From an uncultured Chloroflexia bacterium (lineage in GTDB: Bacteria > Chloroflexota > Chloroflexia > Thermomicrobiales > UBA6265): 64,000 nucleotides of DNA. Position 1 is the stretch's first letter; the number at the start of each line of letters is the position of its first letter. A program made the position numbers and the translations under genes. The stretch is from positions 21,676 through 85,675 of the forward strand of contig CAVRUD010000016.1 of assembly GCA_963724285.1 (NCBI GenBank), given 5' to 3'. Below, piece after piece: positions 29,113 to 38,559 of this stretch. Under the pieces are notes generated by a model, which did no database searches, was not told the DNA's origin, and saw only the letters and a list, made by a program, of their open reading frames with translations.

Positions 29113-29513
29113 TCACGTTCGACACATCAGCGCTATTTGCTCGCCTTAATCAACGAGACGCGAATCACGATCGGATATTGACCGCGATGGCTGCCGAACC
29201 TCCTCCGTGGATCGTGCCGGTGGCGATCCTCGGCGAACTCGGATACCTCGTCAACCAACGCGGAACCACCACCGCGCTCGATATCTTCTTGTTGGACATC
29301 GAAGAGGGAACCTACGTCCTCGACTCCGGATCTAATGACATTGGTCGCGTCCGGTCGCTGGTCAAACGGTACGCGGATTTCCCACTTGGGCTTGTCGATG
29401 CGATCGTCATCGCCTGCGCAGAGCGCAACGGCGGCCGTGTTGCAACGCTCGACCAACGGCACTTCGGCGTCGTCGCCCGCGAAGGAACGATCACGATTCT
29501 GCCGAGTTCATAG
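29109..29513 (+). CDS. vapC: PIN-domain ribonuclease toxin
   Basis: MITFDTSALFARLN...LGELGY...LVDAIVIACAERNG...TLDQRHF. Confidence 0.85.
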   Translation: MITFDTSALFARLNQRDANHDRILTAMAAEPPPWIVPVAILGELGYLVNQRGTTTALDIFLLDIEEGTYVLDSGSNDIGRVRSLVKRYADFPLGLVDAIVIACAERNGGRVATLDQRHFGVVAREGTITILPSS

Positions 29514-29535
29514 CGGCGCCAATTCAGACCACGAT

Positions 29536-30093
29536 GCCATCCTCCTGTCGCATCGCTCGCTGGTCGTCTTGTGCGGCCCGGCTGGAGCCGGCAAAAGCAC
29601 CTTCGCCCGGTCCTTCGTCCAGGACAATCGCTTGCCGATGGTGGCCCTGTCATCGGATGCCTGCCGCCTCACACTATGCGACAAGCTGAACACGGTGCCC
29701 GAGGGGGACTGGACCCAGCTGCAGGAGCACACGTTCCGATTTTTCTTGACGGTCGTCGAAAGTCGGCTGAGCCTCGGACGTCCTACACTCGCTGACGGTG
29801 CGAATCTTCACCGTGAGTTGCGGGAGGGACTGCTAACGTCAGCACGGAAGCACGGCTACCGAAGCGCGCTCGTCGTGTTTGATCTCTCGCTCGACACCTG
29901 CTTGGCCCAGAATGAGCAGCGTGAACCCGCTTGCCGCGTCCCTGAACGACTGATTCGCATGGAGCGACAGGCGCTCGACGACCTGCTGCCGCATCTGTGC
30001 GAAAAAGGGTGGGATCGAATCGAGGAACCTAACGAACGGCGACGCACGGTGCCGATGAAGATAGGTCCCGAAAACGCCTCGTCTTCGTATTAG
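29536..30093 (+). CDS. P-loop kinase, AAA_33 / polynucleotide kinase-like
   Basis: [16 protein letters not shown]...SSDACRLTL...[11 protein letters not shown]. There is no canonical in-frame start between the vapC stop and the P-loop. The ATG at 29534 is out of frame by 1. Confidence 0.65.
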   Translation, partial: AILLSHRSLVVLCGPAGAGKSTFARSFVQDNRLPMVALSSDACRLTLCDKLNTVPEGDWTQLQEHTFRFFLTVVESRLSLGRPTLADGANLHRELREGLLTSARKHGYRSALVVFDLSLDTCLAQNEQREPACRVPERLIRMERQALDDLLPHLCEKGWDRIEEPNERRRTVPMKIGPENASSSY

Positions 30094-31682
30094 ATCCGCA
30101 ACACCCCATAGTCCGTCGCCGGGATTGGGGCGTTGAGGGTCGTGGCTAAGGCCAGGCCTAGGACCTGGCGCGTCTGGCGCGGGTCGATGATGCCGTCGTC
30201 CCAGAGGCGGGCGGTGGCGAAGTAGGGGCTGGCCTCCTCGTCGTAGCGTCGCTCGACCTCGCGCCGGATGGCTGCCAGTCCTTCCTCGTCCAGAGGCTCA
30301 CCCTTGGCCTGGGCGGCGGCGCGGCGGATGTCGGTCAGTACCCCGGCCGCCTGCTCGCCGCCCATCACCGCGATCTTGTGGGTCGGCCAGGAGAAGACGA
30401 AGCGCGGATCGTAGGCCCGGCCGCACATCGCGTAGTTCCCGGCCCCGTACGACGCCCCGATCATGACCGTCAGCTTCGGTACCTGGGCCACCGCGACCGC
30501 GGCGACCATCTTTGCCCCGTCCCGGGCAACCCCGGCGTGCTCCGCATCCCGTCCGACGATGAACCCGGTGATGTTCTGGAAGAACAGGAGCGGGATCTTC
30601 TGCTGGGCGCAGAGCATGACGAAGTGAGCGCCCTTGCGGGCCGACTCGGGGAAAAGCACGCCGTTGTTGGCTAGCACCCCAACCGGAATCCCATAGAGAT
30701 GGCCGAACCCGCAAACCAACGTCTGACCGTAATTCGCCTTGAACTCGCGGAACCCGCCACCATCGAGAATGCGGCGCAGCACGGCGCGGATGTCGTACGG
30801 GCGGCGGGGATCGGACGGGATCAGGGAGAGGAGATCGGAAGGATCCTCCTCGGGCTCGCGGATCGGCTCGGTCTGCCAGGGCAACGACGGGGGAGTGGGC
30901 CGCGGCGCCCGCATCAGATCGTGGGCGATGGCGAGGGCGGCCGGTTCATCGTCAGCGACGTAGTCGACCACGCCGGAGATCCGGCCGTGGGTGTCAGCCC
31001 CGCCCAACTCTTCGGCGGTGACCTCCTCGCCGGTGGCGGCCTTCACCAACGGCGGCCCCGCCAGAAAGATCGTCCCGGCCCCACGTACGATAACCGCCTC
31101 GTCGCACATCGCCGGGACGTAGGCCCCGCCCGCCGTGCAACTGCCGAGGACGACGGCCACCTGCCGCAGCCCCTGGGCCGAGAGCAGCGCCTGATTGCGG
31201 AAGATCCGGCCGAAGTGCTCCTTGTCCGGAAAGACTTCGCTCTGCAAGGGCAGAAACGCCCCGCCAGAATCGACCAAATAGAGGCAAGGAAGGTGGTTGG
31301 CGAAGGCGATCTCCTGGGCGCGGAGATGCTTCTTGACCGTCATCGGGAAGTAGGTGCCGCCTTTGACGGTGGGATCGTTAGCGACGACCACCACTTCGCG
31401 CCCGCCGATCCGGCCGACGCCGGTGACGATCCCGGCCCCGGGGCTGGCCCCGTCGTACATCCCGTCCGCCGCCAGCGGCGAGAATTCCAGGAATGGGGAC
31501 GCGGGATCGAGCACCCGCTCGATACGCTCCCGCACCGGGAACTTACCCCTGGCCCGGCCTCGCGCCTGGGCGGCTTCGCCGCCGCCGGTCGCGGCGACCG
31601 CCAGCCGCCGCTGCAATTCTTCAACCGCGGCGGCGTTCGCCTCCGCGTAGGAGGTCGCCGCCGGAGCTTGCGTTTCGATCAC
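30090..31682 (-). CDS. acyl-CoA carboxylase beta subunit (carboxyltransferase), methylcrotonyl-CoA carboxylase-like
   Basis: 530 aa. ...[29 protein letters not shown]...[12 protein letters not shown]. Confidence 0.85.
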   Translation of the reverse strand: MIETQAPAATSYAEANAAAVEELQRRLAVAATGGGEAAQARGRARGKFPVRERIERVLDPASPFLEFSPLAADGMYDGASPGAGIVTGVGRIGGREVVVVANDPTVKGGTYFPMTVKKHLRAQEIAFANHLPCLYLVDSGGAFLPLQSEVFPDKEHFGRIFRNQALLSAQGLRQVAVVLGSCTAGGAYVPAMCDEAVIVRGAGTIFLAGPPLVKAATGEEVTAEELGGADTHGRISGVVDYVADDEPAALAIAHDLMRAPRPTPPSLPWQTEPIREPEEDPSDLLSLIPSDPRRPYDIRAVLRRILDGGGFREFKANYGQTLVCGFGHLYGIPVGVLANNGVLFPESARKGAHFVMLCAQQKIPLLFFQNITGFIVGRDAEHAGVARDGAKMVAAVAVAQVPKLTVMIGASYGAGNYAMCGRAYDPRFVFSWPTHKIAVMGGEQAAGVLTDIRRAAAQAKGEPLDEEGLAAIRREVERRYDEEASPYFATARLWDDGIIDPRQTRQVLGLALATTLNAPIPATDYGVLRI

Positions 31683-32042
31683 TTGCTCATCCTTGAGCTA
31701 TCCCAGCGGCTCAACCCCATTGTCGGGCCGCGACGACCTACCAGGGCACATACGGTTCGATGCTACCACCAACGAAGCGAAGCATGAGGTGGCGAGACGG
31801 GCAGGTGGTTGACGGCGTCTGCGTAGCCTGGGGAAGCGTGGGTATCGTCCCTCTCAACGCCCAATGGCAAACGGCCTGGATCATGGGACGACCATCTCTA
31901 CACAGCCCGGAACAATCGATCCCGGAATGAGAGGTGGACCCGGCCCTAGCACCCCGTGCAAGGTCACCTGTCCGCCTAGACCTGGGACCGATGTCGCCCC
32001 GGCCCTCCCGATCATTCCGCCCCCTCCCCCCGGGTCCGTCCG

Positions 32043-32170
32043 AGCCTGTCGAGGAATCTCGATGGAGATGCTGCCGTGAGGACGCCCCGGCCACCGAGAA
32101 CACGGCATCGTGCTCTCGCAGACGACGGCCCCATCGGACCACCGTCTCCATCGAGATCCCTCGACAGGCT
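32043..32170. repeat. 128-bp element with 26-bp inverted repeats
   Basis: AGCCTGTCGAGGAATCTCGATGGAGA at 32043-32068 and its reverse complement at 32145-32170 (1 mismatch). Each arm contains a TCGAG/CTCGA mini-hairpin. Confidence 0.65.
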
Positions 32171-32445
32171 GCTGTGAAAAACTCGGCGGCGCCCGCGTAC
32201 GAACGCGGCACCGGTTTTTCATGCCGCGGTGGCGAGTCGCGGATCATGAACACTCGGGATGACGGAGTGGGCCAGGCCGACACCTCAAAACGGGCAAATG
32301 AACCTGCGCAAGTACTAGCCTGCTGAATAGGTTGGATGCGGATGTATCCTCTTGCCAAGGAACCGTCTGAAGAATGTGATCGACCTCTCTTGGCGGGAGG
32401 CCCATTCAGGCATCGCCCTTTGCTCTTGTCTCCGCCCGAGGATCA

Positions 32446-32802
32446 ATGATGGTTGCCAGCGACACCTTTGCCGAGTTCCTGGGCGAGCAACTCGCTCCGC
32501 TCGGTCGCGTCACGATGCGGCGGATGTTCGGCAAGACCGGCGTGTTCTGCGACGGGCTGATGTTCGGGATCGTGACCGAGGATACGCTCTACTTCCGGGT
32601 TGACGAACTCAACCGGGCGGGCTTCAAGGAAGTCGAGTCTTTTCCGCCCCTCAGCTACGAGAAGCAGGGCCGCACCATCGATCTCTCCTTCTGGCGAGCG
32701 CCGGAGCGACTCCTCGATGAGCCCGACGAGTTCGTCACGCAGGCGCGAGAAGCGCTAGAAGCAGCGCGTCGGGTCGCGGCGAAGAGAGCCGGAACGGCCT
32801 GA
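32446..32802 (+). CDS. TfoX/Sxy N-terminal domain protein
   Basis: FAEFLGEQLAPLGRVTMRRMFGKTGVFCDGLMFGIVTEDTLYFRVD. Confidence 0.8.
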   Translation: MMVASDTFAEFLGEQLAPLGRVTMRRMFGKTGVFCDGLMFGIVTEDTLYFRVDELNRAGFKEVESFPPLSYEKQGRTIDLSFWRAPERLLDEPDEFVTQAREALEAARRVAAKRAGTA

Positions 32803-33132
32803 CCGTTATTTGCAGGCGTTCGTGCGCCTCGACGATGCCGATGAATCGTACGCTCACATTTCGGCCTTCAGCGCGGATCGCGATGTGTCCCATAAACGGG
32901 AAGCATGGACGTCAGCTGACCTCCACCTGACCGAATATGTCCTGCTTGATGGTGCGCGACTTGTGGGCGGGTCAGGCGAATGGGTTGCTCCCCATCCCCA
33001 AGATTTCTGATTTGGAGCAAGGGAAGAACCCCGGAAGAACGATGCCCCAAGGTTGCATCTTGAGAGCCGCCCGAGCCCGATTGCTCGCTGGGCGGTCCAA
33101 TCACAATTTGTCGCCAAGGAGCTACGTCACCG

Positions 33133-33849
33133 ATGACCACCCTGACCGCAACCCGGCCCGCTTCCTCGCCGGTCTCCACTTCTCCCACTCAGACGGCACG
33201 TCGCCCAACGACCTTCAACCCGAAGGCACCCACCTGGCTCAAGGATCTGACGTTCGACGAGGTCAAGCCCGCGGACTTTGCGCAGGTGATCGGTCTGCTG
33301 GGACGCGGAATGCGCGACAACCCGGCCCACATCGCCGCGTTAGGCGCGGATCCCGAGGTCCGGCTCCGGCGCATCCAGCGGTTGTTCGGCGGTGTCCTCG
33401 GCTCCGGGATGGAGATCCAGCTCACCGCGGCGCGCCGTCCGGACGGCGTCATCGTCGGTGTCTGCGGCAAAGCCGCCCCGGGCGCTTGCCAGCCCAGATT
33501 CACCACGAAGCTCAAGTTGCTGCCCGTCGTGTTTGCCAATGGGCCGCGGGCCGGCCTGCGGACCATGCGCTGGATGGGAGTCTGGGCGAAGCGTGACCTG
33601 CCGGAGCGTCACTGGCACCTCGGGCCGGTCGCGATCGACGCCGAGTACCAGGGGTTCGGTATCGGCACCGCCTTGATGATCCGATTCTGCGCCGAGATGG
33701 ACGCCGCCGGGGAGGTCGCCTACCTGGAAACCGACAAGCCGATCAACGTCCGCTTCTACGAGCGGTTCGGCTTCGAGACGGTTGGCGAGCAACCCGTCCT
33801 GGGCACCACGAACTGGTTCATGCGCCGCGCCCCGCGCCCGGTCAACTAG
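33133..33849 (+). CDS. GNAT family N-acetyltransferase
   Basis: LGPVAIDAEYQGFGIGTALMIRFC...AYLETDKPINVRFYERFGF. The start is uncertain. Confidence 0.75.
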   Translation: MTTLTATRPASSPVSTSPTQTARRPTTFNPKAPTWLKDLTFDEVKPADFAQVIGLLGRGMRDNPAHIAALGADPEVRLRRIQRLFGGVLGSGMEIQLTAARRPDGVIVGVCGKAAPGACQPRFTTKLKLLPVVFANGPRAGLRTMRWMGVWAKRDLPERHWHLGPVAIDAEYQGFGIGTALMIRFCAEMDAAGEVAYLETDKPINVRFYERFGFETVGEQPVLGTTNWFMRRAPRPVN

Positions 33850-34330
33850 CGACGATCGATCCGCGATCGCAATCTCCTCCCATTCTGAGAGAAGGCCCGC
33901 AACGTGTCGAACGTAGCGGGTCCTCGCTGTGCACGCGGCCTGGCCTGAAACGGCGCGATGAATCGATTTATCGCGCCCCGACGGTGGGCGATTGGATCTC
34001 CTGCGGCACGGGCGGGGTCTACGGCGGACAGGTAGGTAGACCTACCACCGCTGGACATCGGTAGGAAATGCGTACATCTGCTGATGCGCGCGCCAGGCCG
34101 CGAGGGCATGATTGAAACACAGACATCCGGCCTAGCCCGTTCGGGACGGCAGGCCCCCGAGACCTGATGCCTCGTGGCGGCGTTGGCCTGCTTCGGCGTG
34201 CGCCTGGGAGCGAAAACCTTCTGGGAAGAATCAGGGAAGGTTGTTCTCCGATGATGTCGTCGCGACAGACAAACCGGCCCACCAGCGCATAGCGCCGGTC
34301 ACAAGGACCTAGACGAACGAAGGATTCCTG

Positions 34331-35834
34331 ATGAACGGTTCTCCGATCAAAAACCTGCGCCGCCTCTGGATCCGGCGCTCCACGCGGCGCGCTGGCTTCG
34401 CGCTCGCCCTGCTCGGCGTCGCCGTGGCGATCTTCGCCTGGGTGCCGCTGACCCCGCGCCGCCGACGACGAGTACGAGCCCCAGCTCCGGGAGTTCACCC
34501 TGACCGCCTCCGAGATCGACTGGGAGTTCCAGCCGGGGACGGTCGTCAAGGCCTGGGCCTACAACAACACCCTGCCCGGCCCGGAGCTCCGCGTCAAAGA
34601 AGGCGACACCGTCCGCATCACCCTCGTCAACAACCTGCCGGTCCCGACCACCACCCACTGGCACGGTCTCAACGTTCCGCCGGAGATGGACGGCCCCGCC
34701 GGCCTCAACCAGGCCCCGGTCGAGCCGGGCCACGAGTTCGTCTACGAGTTCGAGGCCACCGAGACCGGCACCCGCTGGTACCACTCCCACACCGACGTCG
34801 CCACCCAGGTCATGCTCGGCCTGTACGGCTCCCTGATCGTCGAGCCGAAGGACGGCGAAATCGAGCAGACCGACCGAGACTACACCTACGTCCTCTCCGA
34901 ATGGGACCTGGAACTGACCCCGGACGTCGCCACCGGCAAGGCCCCGCGGGGTCCGCGTGATTCCCAGCTCCGCGGCGGCGAGCTCGGCACGGACATCTTC
35001 CTGTTGAACGGCAAGACCCACGAGGCGATCCCGCCGATCGTGGTCTCGACCGGAGATTCGGTCCGGATCCGGCTGATCAACGCCGGCACCGTGGCCCACC
35101 CATTCCACACCCACGGCCACTCGTTCCGGATCGTCGCGACCGACGGGAACCCGGTGCCGCGCGAGGCGCAACTGACGAAGGACACCGTCTGGATCGCCCC
35201 GGGCGAGCGCTACGACATCATCTTCGAGGCCAACAATCCAGGAGTCTGGATGGCCCACTGCCACATCGAGAACCACGCCGCCAACGGCATGATGACCGTG
35301 ATCCAGTACGAGGGCGTCCTCCCGACCGGCCCGCTGGCGGAGATCTGGAATATCACCCCGGCGACGACCAACCCCGAGGAGGCCGCCGCCGCGAGCGACG
35401 CCTACGCCGGAATGCACGCCGGCCACCAGATGCCGGCCGAGGCCAGCCCGGCGGCCGACGAGACAACCCCGGTTACCGCGGCGGAGACGCCCGCCACCCA
35501 GACCGACCAGCCCGCCCAATCGAGCGACGCGGCCCAGACACCGGTCGAGTCCGACGGCGGCGTTGTCGCCGGGGCGAACGAGGTCACGATCGCAATGAAC
35601 GACGACCGCTTCGGACCGGCCAAAGTCGAGATTACGGCCGGGACGACGGTCACCTGGGTCAACCAGGGCGCCAACACCCACAGCGTCGCCTCCCTCGACG
35701 GCAGCTTCTCCTCCGTCGCGGTATTGCCCGGCGAATCCTTCTCCTATACCTATGAGACCCCGGGCGAATTCGGCTTCATCTGCAAGCACCACGCCCGCCA
35801 GGGCATGACCGGCAAGGTTGTCGTCACCCCATGA
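34331..35834 (+). CDS. multicopper oxidase with fused C-terminal cupredoxin domain, frameshift near 34460
   Basis: THWHGL; WYHSH; HPFHTHGH; WMAHCHIENHAANGM. C-terminal domain ...THSV...FICKHHARQGM. The N-terminal TM/signal segment is in another frame. Confidence 0.8.
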
Positions 35835-36004
35835 TCCGGAGCGTGGATCGCACAGCGCGATCCAGGACCGGAAAGGAGGCCCGTCTATCGCGCACCGTGA
35901 TCTGAAGAATCGGCGTCGACTCTCCTCATCCTTGCGAACCCGACCTCAAAGAACCAGTTCAACTCACCACCATCACGCATGACGAACCAGCACGAGGAGC
36001 TTTT

Positions 36005-37207
36005 ATGAACTTCGAGACGATCGAAACCGTCAACCAGATGCTGCGCAAGGTCCAGACCGGTCAGATGTCCCGGCGTCAGATGCTTCGCGGCCTCGGTGCC
36101 CTCGGCATCGCCGGCGCCGGACTGGCCGCCCTCGGCCGCCGCGGCGCATTCGCCCACCAGGAAGCCTCGCCGGCAGCCGCCACCCCGGCCGTTGGCCCCC
36201 AAGCCGATGGCTCGACGCTCTGGCGGGTCAAGGTCGGTGACATGCGGATGGACGCTCCGATCGAGCTCCACGCGTACTTCCCGGGCGACATCACCGTCGC
36301 GGTCGGCGATTCGGTTTGGTTCGATTTCGGCCAGATGCCGATGTTCCACACCGTGACCTTCCCATCCGGCGGCGAAGTTCCGGCCCTGCTCATCCCGGAT
36401 CCCGAAGTCCCGGCCGATGCCACCCCAGCCGGTCCGCCGAAACTGATCCTCAACCCGCAGATGGTCTTCCCAGCCGGCGGCCCCGATTACGACGGCTCCA
36501 CCTACACCAATTCCGGCGTCGACGTCTTCCGTGATCCCGCGCAGCCATTCATCCTGAAGTTCACCACGGAAGGCAGCTTCGATTACCTCTGCATCCCGCA
36601 CCAGTCGGTCATGCAGGCCAAGGTGAACGTGGTCGCCGCTGGCGGCACCCTGCCGATGGACCAGGCCGCCTACGATGCCGCCGCGGCCGAGCAGATTGCC
36701 GCGCTGTACGCTCAAGGCGAGGCCGAAATTGCGACCTACGCCGAGCCGGTTGCGACCGAGCGCGAGGACGGCACCACCCTCTGGGAGGTCACCGTCGGTG
36801 CCGGTGGCGCGACCCAGGTCCGGGTCCAGGCGTTCCTCCCAACGGAGTTCACCATCGCCGCGGGCGACACCGTCCGCTGGGTCAATCGCTCCGAGGGCGA
36901 GCCGCATACGGTTACCCTGGTCGGCTCCGATACGGAGCCGCCGGAAGATGCGATCGTCGAGCAGTTCGCCGACGGCAGCCCCAAGATCGTCCAGAACATG
37001 CAGACCTTCCTTCCCCAGGGAGGAAGCACCTTCTCCGGCACCGGCTACGCCAACTCCGGCTTCACGGGCATCCCGCAGCTCGGCCTGCCAATGGAGTATG
37101 AGCTGACCTTCGACACGCCGGGCGATTACATCCCCTACTGCGCGCTGCACGGCAGCGCCAACGGCGAGCGCATGGCCAGCAAGCTGACCGTCACCCCGAA
37201 GGCGTAA
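36005..37207 (+). CDS. Tat-exported two-domain cupredoxin (plastocyanin/azurin-like) protein
   Basis: SRRQMLRGLGALGIAGAG twin-arginine signal. YLCIPHQSVM and YCALHGSANGERM copper-ligand-like motifs. Confidence 0.75.
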   Translation: MNFETIETVNQMLRKVQTGQMSRRQMLRGLGALGIAGAGLAALGRRGAFAHQEASPAAATPAVGPQADGSTLWRVKVGDMRMDAPIELHAYFPGDITVAVGDSVWFDFGQMPMFHTVTFPSGGEVPALLIPDPEVPADATPAGPPKLILNPQMVFPAGGPDYDGSTYTNSGVDVFRDPAQPFILKFTTEGSFDYLCIPHQSVMQAKVNVVAAGGTLPMDQAAYDAAAAEQIAALYAQGEAEIATYAEPVATEREDGTTLWEVTVGAGGATQVRVQAFLPTEFTIAAGDTVRWVNRSEGEPHTVTLVGSDTEPPEDAIVEQFADGSPKIVQNMQTFLPQGGSTFSGTGYANSGFTGIPQLGLPMEYELTFDTPGDYIPYCALHGSANGERMASKLTVTPKA

Positions 37208-37356
37208 CCCGCACGTTCCACAACGCATCGCCCCTGAATGCGGCGCCCGCCCCGGATATCCGGGGCGGGCGCCGCGCTGTGTCACAATCCTTCTGTATAG
37301 GCGTCCTGACTCCAGGATCATTGACTGGCGACCGTCAACGACACGGGAGTGTTTGC

Positions 37357-37755
37357 GTGGCAGACCTGAGCGACGCATTCTTGGTCCGAGCTCGGGAGAG
37401 CCTCCTCGGCGCCGAGAGCGAGTTTGTCAATGGCCGTTACAACAACGTCGCGAACCGCGCCTACTACGCCTGCTTCCAGGCGGCTATCGCGGCCCTCGTC
37501 CTCTCGGACATCCGCCCTCCGGGCGGCAAGGCCGACTGGAGCCACCAGTTCGTACAAAGTCAGTTCGAAGGTCTTCTGATTGGCCGTCGCAAGAAATACC
37601 CCTCCGCGCTCCGTAGTACCCTCCCCGAAATGAGGTTCGTTCGCCATCAAGGCGACCACAGACGCGGTCCGGTTAACCGTTCCCAAGCTTCGCGAGCACT
37701 CGAACGGGCAAACCGATTCGTCATGGCCGTCGAGCGAACAGGAGAAATCCGATGA
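37357..37755 (+). CDS. HEPN domain protein with Rx4H motif
   Basis: NRAYYACFQAAIAAL (HEPN helix) and VRHQGDH (R-x4-H). A GTG start is inferred. Confidence 0.7.
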   Translation: MADLSDAFLVRARESLLGAESEFVNGRYNNVANRAYYACFQAAIAALVLSDIRPPGGKADWSHQFVQSQFEGLLIGRRKKYPSALRSTLPEMRFVRHQGDHRRGPVNRSQASRALERANRFVMAVERTGEIR

Positions 37756-38114
37756 ACGACGACGAACTCATGCCCGACATGATCGAACCAAATCTTGACG
37801 ACCCTCGGATCCAAGCGGCTCTCGAAGAGCTCCAGGCGATGATCCTGGCGAAGTTCCCGGCCGCAACGTTCGACGCGTACCTGGGTCCAGATTTGGACGG
37901 GATCTGGCTCGCGGCGACGGTAGATGTCGATGATCTGGACGAGGTCACGGACGTTGTCATCTCTCGAATCGTCGACATGCAAGTCGACGAAGGCCTTCCC
38001 GTCAATGTCGTCGGCGATTGGCCTCCCGAGCGCCTTCACGCGTACATCCAAGCGGAGAAGGCCAAGCTGGCTCCGCTCGAACCGGCGGAACCGGCACCGT
38101 CCCTCACCGCATAG
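37752..38114 (+). CDS. acidic 120-aa partner of the HEPN protein; possible degenerate MNT-like fold
   Basis: ATGA overlap with the HEPN stop and GGAGAAA SD. No GS...DxD nucleotidyltransferase motif. Confidence 0.55.
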   Translation: MNDDELMPDMIEPNLDDPRIQAALEELQAMILAKFPAATFDAYLGPDLDGIWLAATVDVDDLDEVTDVVISRIVDMQVDEGLPVNVVGDWPPERLHAYIQAEKAKLAPLEPAEPAPSLTA

Positions 38115-38143
38115 CGACCGCGGGCGCTCACCATTCCGCCGAT

Positions 38144-38449
38144 CTAGTCCGACGGCGGCGTCCACCCCTCGATCGCCGAGATGAAGTGGGTTCGGGCGTA
38201 TTTCTGCCGGAGCGGGATGATTGCCTGGTATTCGGGCGAGGCGAACCAGGCCTTTGCCTGTTCCACGCTGGGGAACTCGATCAGAACGATGCGATGCGGC
38301 TCCCAGTTGCCCTCCAGGGTGTCGTTGGCGCCGGCGCGGACGATGAACTTGCCGCCAAACGGCGCCAACGTTCCCGGCACCTGGGCGGTGTACGCCTTGT
38401 ATCCCTCCGGATCATGGACTTCGACGTTGCCGAGGATATAGCCAGCCAC
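38144..38449 (-). CDS. DUF1330 domain protein
   Basis: MAGYILGNVEVHDPEGYKAYTAQVPGTLAPFGGKFIVRAG...IVLIEFPSVEQAKAWFASPEYQ. Confidence 0.85.
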   Translation of the reverse strand: MAGYILGNVEVHDPEGYKAYTAQVPGTLAPFGGKFIVRAGANDTLEGNWEPHRIVLIEFPSVEQAKAWFASPEYQAIIPLRQKYARTHFISAIEGWTPPSD

Positions 38450-38559
38450 AGGACCGCTCCTTTCTTCAATCGAATCGCTGATCTTTTCGGCGGGGAAACG
38501 GTCGCGTAGGATGCGCGACAGAACTATTCGCCCTGCGCAAAGATCGGAGTTCGACTACG

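Noticed and set aside
32043-32170. Possible CRISPR repeats (GTCGAGGAATCTCGATGGAGA)
   Set aside because: There are only two copies and they are in inverted, not direct, orientation. There is no array and no cas genes.
31738-32358. ORFs of 113-206 aa in the 31.7-32.4 kb gap, and the idea of a structured RNA (RNase P, tmRNA, SRP, riboswitch)
   Set aside because: The translations are low quality with no family signal. I could not find the conserved boxes of the RNA families I checked by eye. The region is left unassigned pending an Infernal scan.
32810-33010. 66-aa ORF in a lower-GC stretch after the TfoX-like gene
   Set aside because: No motif and no SD. It may be a gene remnant but is unsupported.
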